This document shows, one piece after another, positions 8,194 through 17,982 of a stretch of DNA of 64,000 bases. The notes beneath the pieces are model-generated. The model was not told where the DNA came from. It saw nothing but the letters and a program-made list of their open reading frames with translations, and did not search any database. The stretch lies in assembly GCF_988243305.1 (NCBI RefSeq), contig NZ_OZ547136.1. One strand, written 5' to 3'. The translations under genes were made by a program, and so were the position numbers. How positions within the stretch are numbered: position 1 is the stretch's first letter; every line of letters starts with the position of its first letter.

Positions 8194-10344
8194 TTAGTGG
8201 TGCGAAGAGATCTTCACGCCGCCTTCCGGGATTGGAACGTACGGTGTTTCTTTGTCAGTACGTTTGTCGCTGTTACGCACCGCAAGCCAGGTTTTGAAAC
8301 CATAGAAGATGATGCTGTACACCACGATCAGGAACAGAATACTCAGACCTGCGTTGGTGTAGTTATTCACAACGATGTGGTTCATGTTGGCAATCTGCTG
8401 CGCCGTCAGGTCAGTACCGTTAGCAATCTTCTCTTTGTACTGGCTTGCCATGTAGAAGAAGCCTTCCATCTGCGGGTTGGTACTGAACAGTTTCAGGCCC
8501 AGCGCCCAGGTGGTGCAGATAAGCAGCCATACAGCCGGAACAACAGTTACCCAGATGTATTGGGTGCGCTTCATCTTAATCAGCACAACGGTACCCAGTA
8601 CCAGCGCCACGGCGGCCAGCATCTGGTTGGAGATACCGAACAGCGGCCACAGGCTCTTAACGCCGCCCAGCGGATCGACCACGCCCTGATACAGCAGGTA
8701 GCCCCACAGACCCACACAGCCCGCAGTACCGATGATACCAGCAACCAGAGAGTCGGTTTTTTTCAGGAACGGGATGAAGTTACCCAGCAGGTCTTGCAGC
8801 ATAAAGCGGCCAGAACGGGTACCCGCATCCAGCGCGGTCAGGATGAACAGGGCTTCGAACAGAATACCGAAGTGATACCAGAAGCCCATGTCAGCCATCG
8901 GCAGTACTTTGTGGAACACGTGAGCGATACCTACCGCCAGCGTTGGCGCACCACCTGCACGGTTCAGGACAGAAGGCTCACCAATGTCTTTCGCGGTTTG
9001 CAGGATCTGCTCTGGCGAAATCACGAAGCCCCAGGAGCTGACGGTCGCTGCCGCGTGTGCGGTAACGTCTTTCAGCTGCGCCATGATGATCGGCGCGTTC
9101 TCGCCACCCATTTCATGCAGGTTAGGCATGGTGATGCCAAGGCCAGCAGGCGGGGTATTCATCGCGAAGTAAAGACCCGGTTCGATGATGGACGCAGCAA
9201 CCAGCGCCATAATCGCCACGAAGGACTCCATCAGCATTGCGCCGTAGCCAATGAAACGCGCGTCGGTTTCATTAGCCAGCAGTTTCGGTGTCGTACCGGA
9301 AGAGATCAGTGCGTGGAAGCCAGATACCGCACCACAGGCGATGGTGATGAACAGGAACGGGAACAGAGCGCCTTTCCACAGCGGGCCAGTACCGTCAATG
9401 TACTGGGTCATCGCAGGCATTTTCAGTTCCGGGTTCAGCACCACGATACCCAGCGCCAGGCCGACGATAACGCCGATTTTCAGGAAGGTTGCCAGATAGT
9501 CGCGCGGTGCGAGGATCAGCCACACTGGCAGCAGTGCGGAAACAAACGCATAGCCAATCAGCGCGAAGGTAATGGTGGTGTCTTTAAAGGTCAGTGCCGG
9601 ACCCCAGTACGGATCGTGAGCAATCACGCCACCGAAGTAGATAGAGGCAACCAGCAGCACGATACCAATGACAGAGACTTCACCCACACGCCCCGGACGG
9701 ATAAAGCGCATGTAGATACCCATAAACAGCGCAATCGGTACGGTTGAGCAAACGGTGAAGACACCCCACGGACTTTCGGCCAGGGCTTTAACCACAATCA
9801 GCGCCAGGACGGCGAGGATGATGATCATGATTAAGAAACAGCCAAACAGCGCGATAGTCCCCGGTACTGGTCCCATCTCTTCTTTGATCATCTCACCGAG
9901 AGATGCGCCGTTACGGCGAGAGGAGATAAACAGCACCATAAAGTCCTGTACCGCACCGGCCAGCACGACCCCCGCCAGCAGCCACAGCGTGCCAGGCAGG
10001 TAGCCCATCTGCGCGGCGAGAACCGGACCCACCAGCGGACCAGCACCGGCGATAGCGGCGAAGTGGTGACCAAACAACACGTAACGGTTGGTCGGAACAT
10101 AGTTCAGACCGTCGTTGTTAATAACCGCAGGCGTCGCTCGCGTGGGGTCGAGTTTCATTACCTTCTGGGCGATGTACAGACTGTAGTAGCGATAAGCCAC
10201 CAGATACACCGACACAGAGGCGACCACGATCCACAGGGCACTGACGTGCTCCCCCCGACGTAATGCAACTACCGCGAGGCAGAATGCACCGATGATTCCG
10301 AGAATCACCCAGGGTATGTGCTTGAATAGTTTTTTCGTATCCAT
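8194..10344 (-). CDS. btsT: CstA-family pyruvate/H+ symporter BtsT (YjiY), 716 aa
   Basis: Polytopic membrane protein starting MDTKKLFKHIPWVILGIIG. The track ORF begins 5 codons earlier. Confidence 0.9.
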   Translation of the reverse strand: MDTKKLFKHIPWVILGIIGAFCLAVVALRRGEHVSALWIVVASVSVYLVAYRYYSLYIAQKVMKLDPTRATPAVINNDGLNYVPTNRYVLFGHHFAAIAGAGPLVGPVLAAQMGYLPGTLWLLAGVVLAGAVQDFMVLFISSRRNGASLGEMIKEEMGPVPGTIALFGCFLIMIIILAVLALIVVKALAESPWGVFTVCSTVPIALFMGIYMRFIRPGRVGEVSVIGIVLLVASIYFGGVIAHDPYWGPALTFKDTTITFALIGYAFVSALLPVWLILAPRDYLATFLKIGVIVGLALGIVVLNPELKMPAMTQYIDGTGPLWKGALFPFLFITIACGAVSGFHALISSGTTPKLLANETDARFIGYGAMLMESFVAIMALVAASIIEPGLYFAMNTPPAGLGITMPNLHEMGGENAPIIMAQLKDVTAHAAATVSSWGFVISPEQILQTAKDIGEPSVLNRAGGAPTLAVGIAHVFHKVLPMADMGFWYHFGILFEALFILTALDAGTRSGRFMLQDLLGNFIPFLKKTDSLVAGIIGTAGCVGLWGYLLYQGVVDPLGGVKSLWPLFGISNQMLAAVALVLGTVVLIKMKRTQYIWVTVVPAVWLLICTTWALGLKLFSTNPQMEGFFYMASQYKEKIANGTDLTAQQIANMNHIVVNNYTNAGLSILFLIVVYSIIFYGFKTWLAVRNSDKRTDKETPYVPIPEGGVKISSHH

Positions 10345-10379
10345 AGTAAAACCTGGCATTTTACTCGTCGTCTTTTGGC

Positions 10380-10470
10380 TTACAGGTGCGGCAGCTGCGT
10401 TCGTTCACCCCTGTCACTTACTGTTGTAAGCTCCCGGGGATTCACTCACTTGCTGCCTTCCTGCAAACCA
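10380..10470. repeat. ERIC / IRU intergenic repeat in the btsT 5' leader
   Basis: Contains near-matches to both ERIC primer regions: cgttcacccctgtcacttactg (complement of ERIC2-like) and ttgtaagctcccggggattcac (ERIC1R-like). Outer arms GGCAGC...GCTGCC form the imperfect palindrome. Confidence 0.8.
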
Positions 10471-10623
10471 AAATCCATAGAGTAATTTGTTAATCATAGG
10501 CCGAAGCCGTTCTAGGTTTGCGTTGCGTTTGAGGAGGTAAATTGACCGCTATCCTGCAGTGATGTTGCCAGAGATACGCGCGCGTAAAGTAAGGTAAATA
10601 ACTGAGTGGTTATTTTAGGGATG

Positions 10624-10651
10624 TAAGCGGTCAGGAATGGCGGTGAGCGGT
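10624..10651 (-). promoter_or_regulatory. Probable BtsR (YehT) binding site: direct repeat TAAGCGGT / TGAGCGGT (complement ACCGCTTA / ACCGCTCA), 20 bp start-to-start
   Basis: Both copies fit the published ACC[G/T]CT[C/T]A motif as I remember it. Located upstream of btsT. Confidence 0.55.
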
Positions 10652-10679
10652 TGGGCAAGAATTATTCATCGGGTGGATA

Positions 10680-10695
10680 TGTGATTGAGATCACA
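10680..10695. promoter_or_regulatory. CRP consensus-core site TGTGA-N6-TCACA upstream of btsT
   Basis: tgtgattgagatcaca was read directly, with both half-sites perfect. btsT is reported to be cAMP-CRP dependent. Confidence 0.55.
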
Positions 10696-10703
10696 ATAAA
10701 AAT

Positions 10704-10730
10704 GCCCCTTCGACGAATGCGTGAAGGGGC
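10704..10730 (-). terminator. Rho-independent terminator of hpaC
   Basis: On the minus strand, GCCCCTTC-loop-GAAGGGGC is followed by ATTTTTATT, starting 7 nt after the hpaC stop. Confidence 0.75.
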
Positions 10731-10736
10731 TGGAGC

Positions 10737-11249
10737 TTAAATCGCAGCTTCCATTTCCAGCATCACCGGATGGAAACGGCGTTTAAAGTAGATAAGTCCG
10801 TGACCTTCTGCACTGAGGATGATGTTTTTAATCTCCACCAGATACACCAGATGTGTGCCAATTGCCTGCACATCGCGGATCTCACCTTCAAGACTGGCCA
10901 GCGAACCTTTTAGCACCGGCTGCGCCAGCGGACCTTTTTGCCAGCATGAGAGGCTAAAACGCTCTTCCATCGCCATGCCTGTCATGCCCGCGAAGTGGCG
11001 TGCCATCAGTTCCTGCTCATGGTTGAGGACGTTGACGCACAACTTGCCGTTGCCCTGAAAAACCGGGTTCATCGCACTGTTGGCGTTAATGCACACCATC
11101 AGCGACGGTGGTGTATCCGTGACCGAGCAGACAGCCGTTGCCGTAATCCCGCATTGTCCGGCGTCGCCCTCGGTGGTGATAATATTTACCGCTGCCGACA
11201 GGCTGGCCATTGCGTCACGAAAGCGCAGGCGTTGTTCATCTAATTGCAT
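10737..11249 (-). CDS. hpaC: 4-hydroxyphenylacetate 3-monooxygenase, flavin reductase component HpaC (170 aa)
   Basis: Flavin_Reduct-type sequence. Lies 17 bp downstream of hpaB. Confidence 0.9.
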   Translation of the reverse strand: MQLDEQRLRFRDAMASLSAAVNIITTEGDAGQCGITATAVCSVTDTPPSLMVCINANSAMNPVFQGNGKLCVNVLNHEQELMARHFAGMTGMAMEERFSLSCWQKGPLAQPVLKGSLASLEGEIRDVQAIGTHLVYLVEIKNIILSAEGHGLIYFKRRFHPVMLEMEAAI

Positions 11250-11266
11250 CTTAACCTCCTGCTGCG

Positions 11267-12829
11267 TTATTTCAGCAGCTTATCCAGCATGTTGATATCG
11301 TCGTTGTTGTGCAGGTGCGGCACAGTCCAGCCGTTCTGGTCGTATTCCGACAGGCAGCGATCAACCATCGCCATCATCTTGTCCATATTGCCGGAGCTTT
11401 GTGCCTGGCGCAGACACTGCAGGCGAATCTCATCCTGGCTACCGGAGTAGTTGATTTCATACAGTTCGTGACGACCACCAAATTCGCTGCCAATAGCATC
11501 CCACATCAGTTTGAGGATCTTGATGCGCTGGACGTGATCCATACCGTTCGAACCGCGCACATACTTCGCCAGATACTGGTCGATCTGCGGATTGTTCAGG
11601 TCACGGGCACTGGAAGGGAGATAGATCAGGCCACTGGTAACGTTGCGTTCGATAATGTTTTTGATCTTCGCGTAGGCCATTGGTGCCAGTACGCGATAGG
11701 TTTGCAGTGCGGCATGATCCGGTAAATAAGCCCCGTTGACCCACGGCGTCGCTTCTGAACACATCGAGTCACTCAATGCCCAGAAGGTGTTGCGCCACGC
11801 CACCACTTCACCGAGATCGGCCTGCACACCACGGAACTCCAGGGTGCCGGTACATTCGAGTGATTTTTTCAGCAGTGCCGTAATGAAGTCGAGTTTCACT
11901 GCCAGGCGCACACAGGCTTGCAGCGGATACATACGGGCGAAACCGCCTTCCATCGTCCAGCGACGGCAGCGATCAAAATCGCGGTAGATCAGCACGTTTT
12001 CCCATGGGATCAGCACGTTATCCATCACCAGAATCGCATCGTTCTCATCGAAGCGGCTGGAGAGCGGGTAGTCGTACGGCGAGCCGGTAGCACCCGCGAC
12101 CATCTCATAAGAGGCGCGGGAGATTAATTTCACGCCATCGGCATCCATTGGCGCAACGAACATCAGTGCGAAGTCCGGGTTTTCGCCCATCACTTGTGCC
12201 GAGCCGAAGCCAATCATGTTGTAGTGAGTCAGCGCCGAGTTGGTGGCAACCACTTTCGCACCGCTGACGATAATCCCGGCGTCAATCTCTTTTTCCAGCT
12301 TGATGTAAACGTCTTTCACTTTATCGGTCGGCAAATGACGATCAATCGGTGGGTTAACAATCGCGTGGTTAAAGTAGAGGCCAGTTTCCTGAATACGGGT
12401 GTACCAGTTACGGGCGTTCTGCTCGAACTGACCGTAAAAGCCCGGATTCGCGCCCAGTGCGCAACCGAAAGCAGCCTTGTAGTCTGGGGTACGGCCCATC
12501 CAGCCATAGCTCAGGCGTGACCACTCAGCGATGGCGTCGCGTTGCTGGCGCAGGTCGTCGGCACTTTTCGCCACGCGGAAGAATTTATGGGTATAGCCGC
12601 CGCTGCCGGTGTCGGTGTTCCAACACAGAGAGTCCTGCATCTCCGGTTTGTGCAGCGCGTCGTACAGTTGGGCAACAGACGCTGCCGCATTACGAAATGC
12701 CGGATGAGTGGTGACGTCTTTCACTCGCTCGCCATAGATATAGATCTCGCGACCATCCTGCAGGCTTTTCAGATACTCTTCCCCGGTGAACGGACGTTGG
12801 GTACTGGCGCGGAAATCTTCTGGTTTCAT
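11267..12829 (-). CDS. hpaB: 4-hydroxyphenylacetate 3-monooxygenase, oxygenase component HpaB (520 aa)
   Basis: MKPEDFRASTQRPFTGEEYLKSLQDGREIYIYGERVKDVTTHPAFRN... is recognised as HpaB. Confidence 0.92.
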   Translation of the reverse strand: MKPEDFRASTQRPFTGEEYLKSLQDGREIYIYGERVKDVTTHPAFRNAAASVAQLYDALHKPEMQDSLCWNTDTGSGGYTHKFFRVAKSADDLRQQRDAIAEWSRLSYGWMGRTPDYKAAFGCALGANPGFYGQFEQNARNWYTRIQETGLYFNHAIVNPPIDRHLPTDKVKDVYIKLEKEIDAGIIVSGAKVVATNSALTHYNMIGFGSAQVMGENPDFALMFVAPMDADGVKLISRASYEMVAGATGSPYDYPLSSRFDENDAILVMDNVLIPWENVLIYRDFDRCRRWTMEGGFARMYPLQACVRLAVKLDFITALLKKSLECTGTLEFRGVQADLGEVVAWRNTFWALSDSMCSEATPWVNGAYLPDHAALQTYRVLAPMAYAKIKNIIERNVTSGLIYLPSSARDLNNPQIDQYLAKYVRGSNGMDHVQRIKILKLMWDAIGSEFGGRHELYEINYSGSQDEIRLQCLRQAQSSGNMDKMMAMVDRCLSEYDQNGWTVPHLHNNDDINMLDKLLK

Positions 12830-13055
12830 GTCGACCTCTACAGTATTAATCGGAATACGATTGTTAATTTTGTGTGTTGTTTTTGTTATTCAATTGAATC
12901 GTTGAACGCGGTTGTCGGGAAGAGACGTTTCAGGCGAACGTTGGTACTTTTCGCCAGCAAGGTGGAGTTAAATAGTAAACTGCGATCGTGATCAACTTAC
13001 AGTAAGGCAAATCATAATATTCCCCGCTAACAAGGGCTAACGGGGACGGAATTGT

Positions 13056-13994
13056 TTATGGGGCGAATGGAATGGTAATCGTCATATTTTCATGACCAAC
13101 GACGATAGGGCCTGAATAGTTTTTCTGTGCTTCTTGCTTCCATGTTTCATCCGGAACGGTGATTGGTACCAGGTGGCTAAGGATGAGTTTTTTCACTTTT
13201 GCTTCATTGGCAATTTTGCCTACATCCTCAATAGTCGTATGGTGAGAAGCAATGGCTTTTGCCAGTGTTTTACCATTGCCAATACTGTCTGCCAGCTTAG
13301 CGACGGAGGGCTCATGTACGGCCTCATGCACAAGTATATCAGCGCCTTCTGAGAAAGTTGCCAGTGGGGGAAAGTACGAGGTATCTCCTGAGAAGACAAT
13401 TCGCTTGCCTTGTGTGTCGAAGCGATAAGCAAAAGCCTCACCGTCAGGGAAAGGAGAATGAGGAACCTTTAATGCAGTCACGGTCACGGTATCATCTTTA
13501 TAAACTACGCCTTCACCAACATCTTGAGCTGTAACGAGCTTGCGAGGATCGGGTTTTCCTTCTTCTTCCATACGCAGTGTGATGTCCCGATCGAAGACCT
13601 GCCAACTGGCAGCGGTCATGGCTCGGGTACCTGGCGGACCGAACACATGAATATTTTTGTCCTGCAGACCGCTAGCCCATGCATTCATTAAGACTGAGGG
13701 ATAGTCCAGAATATGATCACTGTGTAAATGGGTGAGTAAAATATTATCAATCTGGCGCAGTGGAATATTATTTTTTACCAGTTGTAAGCTGGCCCCGTAA
13801 CCAGCATCAATTAACCATGTTTTATTGCCAATAATAAGTGCCGTTGCCATCGGCAAACGGTCAGCTTTTAATAAAGAAGGGCCACCTTTCGTTCCAAGTA
13901 GTACAATTTTCATTTCTTGCAGTTCGGAGGCGTAGGTGAATGCCACTGGCGCAATCAGGCACGCCACAAATAGTGAGCGTAAAGATATTTTCAT
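13056..13994 (-). CDS. Secreted metallo-beta-lactamase-fold hydrolase (312 aa), function unknown
   Basis: Signal peptide MKISLRSLFVACLIAPVAFTYASE. HxHxDH motif LTHLHSDH. Start placed at ATG 13994 (GAGAGA RBS), 26 bp after the hpaA stop. AT-rich relative to hpaB. Confidence 0.75.
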   Translation of the reverse strand: MKISLRSLFVACLIAPVAFTYASELQEMKIVLLGTKGGPSLLKADRLPMATALIIGNKTWLIDAGYGASLQLVKNNIPLRQIDNILLTHLHSDHILDYPSVLMNAWASGLQDKNIHVFGPPGTRAMTAASWQVFDRDITLRMEEEGKPDPRKLVTAQDVGEGVVYKDDTVTVTALKVPHSPFPDGEAFAYRFDTQGKRIVFSGDTSYFPPLATFSEGADILVHEAVHEPSVAKLADSIGNGKTLAKAIASHHTTIEDVGKIANEAKVKKLILSHLVPITVPDETWKQEAQKNYSGPIVVGHENMTITIPFAP

Positions 13995-14020
13995 GTCGAG
14001 TCTCTCAGGTTGATAAATGG

Positions 14021-14914
14021 TCAGCGACCACGGAATTGTGTTGGTGAGCAACCCATCATTCGGTTGAAAAAACGGGCGAAATAGGCGGGATCTTTGTAGC
14101 CAAGATCAAGGGCAATCTGGTTGATGCTTTGCTCGCTATAGAGCAGAAGCCGTCTGGCTTCCCGGCTCATTCGTTCGAAAATCAATCTCTTCGGCGATTG
14201 ATTGGCAAAACGTCGGCATAGCTCGGTAAGCCGTGATTCACTCATACCGAGCATTGCTGCATATTCAGGGACCATTAAATGTTGGCGATAATTTTCGTCA
14301 ATCAGCCGATTAAACTTCTGGAATAAACACATCTCGCCGCGCACGCTGCATGTTGAAATATCATTTGGTGGTGCTTCACGCAGTAGGATTGTAAAAATAC
14401 TTTGCGCCAGTGATTGCAATAGAATTTCCCGTCCTGGCTTATTTTGTTGAAACTCCAGGGATATTATCGGCCAATAATGATTTAATGCCGCCAGTGTATG
14501 TTCCATTCCCTCCAGCGACAGACAGATACCTTGTAGCATTGCGGCATCTCCACTACCAGGCCAGAGCTTTTCTACCAGGGGCCAAATTAACTCCTGACGT
14601 ACGGTCAGAACATGCCCGTCGCTATCAGGCTCAGTAAAGAAAGTATGTGGCACCGATGGTGGTGTTAGTACAAAAAGCGGTGCGCGCACAGAATAGAAGT
14701 GCTCATCCAGCTGTAAAGTAATGCGTCCAGTGACCAGATAATGGAGTTGAAAATATCTATCGTGCCAGTGAGGGCGCATATCGCGTCCAAAGAAATTCGC
14801 TAACCTGGCAAATGTTTCATAATGCACATCTTCACCAGCGTAGCGGGCATCATATTCCCGGACCAAATCAATATTTTCATAACCATGTTCAAAGATAGCT
14901 TCACTGGACATCAT
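14021..14914 (-). CDS. hpaA: AraC/XylS-family activator of hpaBC, HpaA (297 aa)
   Basis: Cupin-like N-terminus and a C-terminal AraC HTH (LGMSESRLTELCRRF...LDLGYKDPAYFARFFNR). Its RBS GGAG lies directly after the hpaX stop. Confidence 0.9.
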   Translation of the reverse strand: MMSSEAIFEHGYENIDLVREYDARYAGEDVHYETFARLANFFGRDMRPHWHDRYFQLHYLVTGRITLQLDEHFYSVRAPLFVLTPPSVPHTFFTEPDSDGHVLTVRQELIWPLVEKLWPGSGDAAMLQGICLSLEGMEHTLAALNHYWPIISLEFQQNKPGREILLQSLAQSIFTILLREAPPNDISTCSVRGEMCLFQKFNRLIDENYRQHLMVPEYAAMLGMSESRLTELCRRFANQSPKRLIFERMSREARRLLLYSEQSINQIALDLGYKDPAYFARFFNRMMGCSPTQFRGR

Positions 14915-14920
14915 GACTCC

Positions 14921-16276
14921 TTATTGCGGTTTTGGTGCGATAAGTTCAGATGAAAGAGAGTGTTCCCGACTCCCCATAGGAATTCGGGTCATGACTAACG
15001 CGCCCAGTACCAGTAATCCTGCTACAAACCACAAACCTGAGCTAAAACTGCCGGTTGCATCTTTCAAAATACCGATAAGTAATGGACTGACTGCTGAACC
15101 TACATTACCGACAGCATTGATGACAGCCATCGCAACGGCACGCGATTGCAAGCTTATTACTTGATCCGGTGTCGTCCAAAAGATAGCCATTGCGGTAAAT
15201 GATCCCATTGAGGCCATAATGATGCCGCTCAGTTGAATGAGGCTGTGATCAGTCGCAGAAGCGAGTAACCATCCGGCAGCGGCAAACAGGTAGGGAAGAA
15301 TCGTATGCTTTTTGCGTTCTTTAAGACGGTCGGAACGACGACTCCACCAGATCATGCCAAAAATTGTGCAGAATTGGGGGATGGCCGCCAGCAAACCAAT
15401 CATGATGTTGCTACTGCCAGTATTGAAACTCTGTAGGATTTGCGGCGTCCAGATATTAATCGCACTCAGAGTATTGGTCAGGCAAAAATAAGCAAGTGTA
15501 TATAGCATGATGGCTGGGGTCAGGACTTCACGTAAGGTTGAGCGTGGAACAGATGCATGGGCAAATGCACTCTCTTGTTCACGGAGAATCATCGTTTTTA
15601 AAGCCTGTTTTTCGTTTTCATCAAGCCAGGTCGCCTGGTCTGGTGTATCGTTGAGATAAAACCAGGTGACGACACCAAGAATGACCGATGGCAGACCTTC
15701 CAGCAAAAAGAGCCATTGCCAGCCTTTTAGATTCCACAGTCCATCCAAGGCCAGAATGTAGCCTGAAAGGATCGATCCCAGCATCATAGTGACTGGCATC
15801 GCTATCATAAATAAGGCATTGGCTCTGGCCCGATGATATGCCGGGAACCACCAGGTCAGATAAACCAAAATACCAGGTAAAAAACCCGCCTCAGCAATAC
15901 CAACCAGCATACGCAGTAGATAGAGTGTTTCGGGGCTTGTTGCAAACATTGTGCAGGTGGAAGCAACTCCCCAGACCACCATGATCCCAGCGATCCATCG
16001 ACGAGCGCCAATTTTCGCTAACATCATATTACTGGGGATCCCGCACATGACGTACGTGACATAAAAGAGTGTCGCGGCGAGGCCAAACATTGTGGACGTC
16101 AGGCCAAGATCCTTGCCCATTGTCAGTCCGGCAAATCCTATATTGATGCGATCAAGAAACGAAAAAACAAACAGAATAAAAAGAAAAATGATTAGGCGAC
16201 GAAATAATTTATTAATGACACGATGTTCAATTTCAACAGTTTTATTATCTTTATATTGCAGGGTAGAGGTCGTCAT
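14921..16276 (-). CDS. hpaX: MFS 4-hydroxyphenylacetate transporter HpaX
   Basis: 12-TM MFS sequence. I prefer ATG 16276 (GGAG 6 nt upstream) over the track GTG 16288, but the start is uncertain. Confidence 0.85.
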   Translation of the reverse strand: MTTSTLQYKDNKTVEIEHRVINKLFRRLIIFLFILFVFSFLDRINIGFAGLTMGKDLGLTSTMFGLAATLFYVTYVMCGIPSNMMLAKIGARRWIAGIMVVWGVASTCTMFATSPETLYLLRMLVGIAEAGFLPGILVYLTWWFPAYHRARANALFMIAMPVTMMLGSILSGYILALDGLWNLKGWQWLFLLEGLPSVILGVVTWFYLNDTPDQATWLDENEKQALKTMILREQESAFAHASVPRSTLREVLTPAIMLYTLAYFCLTNTLSAINIWTPQILQSFNTGSSNIMIGLLAAIPQFCTIFGMIWWSRRSDRLKERKKHTILPYLFAAAGWLLASATDHSLIQLSGIIMASMGSFTAMAIFWTTPDQVISLQSRAVAMAVINAVGNVGSAVSPLLIGILKDATGSFSSGLWFVAGLLVLGALVMTRIPMGSREHSLSSELIAPKPQ

Positions 16277-16297
16277 GATGCGCTCCACATCGTACGT

Positions 16298-17101
16298 TTA
16301 GTAGACAGAGTTGTTGTTTTGCTTCGCCATCGAAATAGAAGAACTATTACCAAACCGTGCTGCCAGCGCTTCGGCGGCGCGGGCGAGCAGGGTGGTGTCA
16401 ACGCCGACGGCGACAAATAGCGCGCCCAGTTCCAGGTAGTGTTTTGCCAGTTGCTCATTGGCGATCAGGATACCCGGCGCCTTACCCGCTTCGCGGATCT
16501 GCACGATCGCCTGCTCAATCGCGGCCTGCACTTCCGGGTGTTGCGGATTACCGGCATAACCCATATCGGCGCTCAGATCCGCCGGGCCGATAAACACGCC
16601 GTCGACGCCTTCCACGTCCAGAATCTGCGGTAAGTTCTTCATTGCCTCACGCGTTTCGATCTGCACCAGTACGCACATTTGATCGTTGGCTTTTTGCAGG
16701 TAATCCGGAATACGGTTCCAGCGCGAGGCGCGTGCCAGCGCACTGCCCACACCGCGAATACCGGCGGGGGGATAACGGGTGGCGCGTACCGCTTCACGGG
16801 CTTCGTCGGCGTTTTGTACCATCGGCACCAGTAAGGTTTGTGTGCCGACGTCCAGCAGTTGTTTGATTTGCACCGGATCGTTCCACGATGGGCGTATCAC
16901 CGGCTGGCTGGGGTAGGGCGCAATCGCCTGTAGCTGGGTGAGCACGGTTTGCACGTTATTCGGCGCGTGCTCACCGTCGATCAATAACCAGTCGAATCCT
17001 GCTCCGGCCAGTAACTCTGCGCTGTAGCTGCTACTCAGCCCCAGCCATAATCCGATCTGCGGGCGGCCTGCTTTCAGCGCCGCTTTAAAACTGTTTTCCA
17101 T
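16298..17101 (-). CDS. hpaI: 2,4-dihydroxyhept-2-ene-1,7-dioate aldolase HpaI
   Basis: Starts [22 protein letters not shown] with an AAGGAG RBS. The track ORF has a spurious 47-codon N-terminal extension overlapping hpaH. Confidence 0.9.
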   Translation of the reverse strand: MENSFKAALKAGRPQIGLWLGLSSSYSAELLAGAGFDWLLIDGEHAPNNVQTVLTQLQAIAPYPSQPVIRPSWNDPVQIKQLLDVGTQTLLVPMVQNADEAREAVRATRYPPAGIRGVGSALARASRWNRIPDYLQKANDQMCVLVQIETREAMKNLPQILDVEGVDGVFIGPADLSADMGYAGNPQHPEVQAAIEQAIVQIREAGKAPGILIANEQLAKHYLELGALFVAVGVDTTLLARAAEALAARFGNSSSISMAKQNNNSVY

Positions 17102-17111
17102 CGTTCTCTCC

Positions 17112-17915
17112 TTAAACAAAGCGGCAGCTAATGGAGCCCATGTTGCCGTAATCGACGTGGAAGGTGTCGCCCTTACGCGCCGGAACCGGGCGGGTGAACG
17201 AACCGCCGAGAATGATTTGCCCGGCTTCCAGTTGTACGTCATACGGTGCGAGTTTGTTCGCCAGCCAGGCTACGCCGTTTGCCGGATGATTCAGCACACC
17301 AGCGGCGACGCCGGTTTCTTCAATCACGCCATTGCGATACATCAGGGCGGAGATCCAGCGCAGATCCAACTCATCGGGCTTAATGGGACGACCGCCGAGG
17401 ATCACCCCGGCGTTGGCGGCGTTATCGGAAATGGTGTCGAACACTTTGCGCGGGCGCTGGGTTTCCGGATCGATGTTGTGGCAGCGAGCGTCGATCAGCT
17501 CCAGCGCCGGGATCACATAATCCGTGGCGTTGTAGACGTCGAACAGCGTGCAGTTTGGTCCACGCAGCGGTTTTGCCAGCACGAAAGCCAGCTCCACTTC
17601 AATGCGCGGCACGATAAAGCGATCGGTCGGGATATCGCTGCCATCGTGGAAGAACATGTCATCCAGCAGGGCACCGTAATCCGGTTCGCTGATTTGCGAG
17701 CTGGCCTGCATCGCTTTCGAGGTCAGGCCGATTTTGTGGCCTTTCAGCGTACGGCCTTCGGCAATTTTCAGGCGGACCCATTCGCGCTGCACCGCGTAAG
17801 CGTCTTCGATGGTGATCTCCGGGTAATCCAGCGAGATCGCGCGGATCTGTTCGCGCTGTTTTTCTGCCTGATCCAGACGCTGGGCGATCAGGGTGTGGGT
17901 GTGTTTATCGAACAT
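17112..17915 (-). CDS. hpaH: 2-oxo-hept-3-ene-1,7-dioate hydratase HpaH (267 aa)
   Basis: Starts [20 protein letters not shown] (AGGA RBS). Member of the hydratase/decarboxylase family. Confidence 0.9.
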   Translation of the reverse strand: MFDKHTHTLIAQRLDQAEKQREQIRAISLDYPEITIEDAYAVQREWVRLKIAEGRTLKGHKIGLTSKAMQASSQISEPDYGALLDDMFFHDGSDIPTDRFIVPRIEVELAFVLAKPLRGPNCTLFDVYNATDYVIPALELIDARCHNIDPETQRPRKVFDTISDNAANAGVILGGRPIKPDELDLRWISALMYRNGVIEETGVAAGVLNHPANGVAWLANKLAPYDVQLEAGQIILGGSFTRPVPARKGDTFHVDYGNMGSISCRFV

Positions 17916-17934
17916 GGCGATATCCTGTGGCATT

Positions 17935-17965
17935 GCCGGATGCGGCTGCGCCTTATCATCCGGCC
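17935..17965. repeat. REP (repetitive extragenic palindrome) between hpaF and hpaH
   Basis: gccggatgcggctgcgccttatcatccggcc is the typical REP stem sequence. Confidence 0.75.
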
Positions 17966-17982
17966 TGGAAGCTGGTACAAAT

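Noticed and set aside
8197-9747. 516-aa plus-strand ORF
   Set aside because: It lies entirely antisense to btsT, which has a convincing CstA-type membrane-protein sequence. Its translation is Arg/His/Gln/Val-rich low-complexity text with no motif. This is a typical shadow ORF of a GC-rich, codon-biased gene.
16298-17242. Track ORFs with long N-terminal extensions overlapping upstream genes (hpaI 314 aa; also yjiA 346 aa, serB 368 aa, deoD 258 aa, osmY 227 aa, SDR 299 aa, DUF1471 126 aa, LysR 326 aa)
   Set aside because: In each case an internal start with a proper RBS gives the known or family-typical N-terminus. The extensions are Arg/Pro-rich or overlap the preceding gene, so starts were moved rather than reporting overlapping genes.
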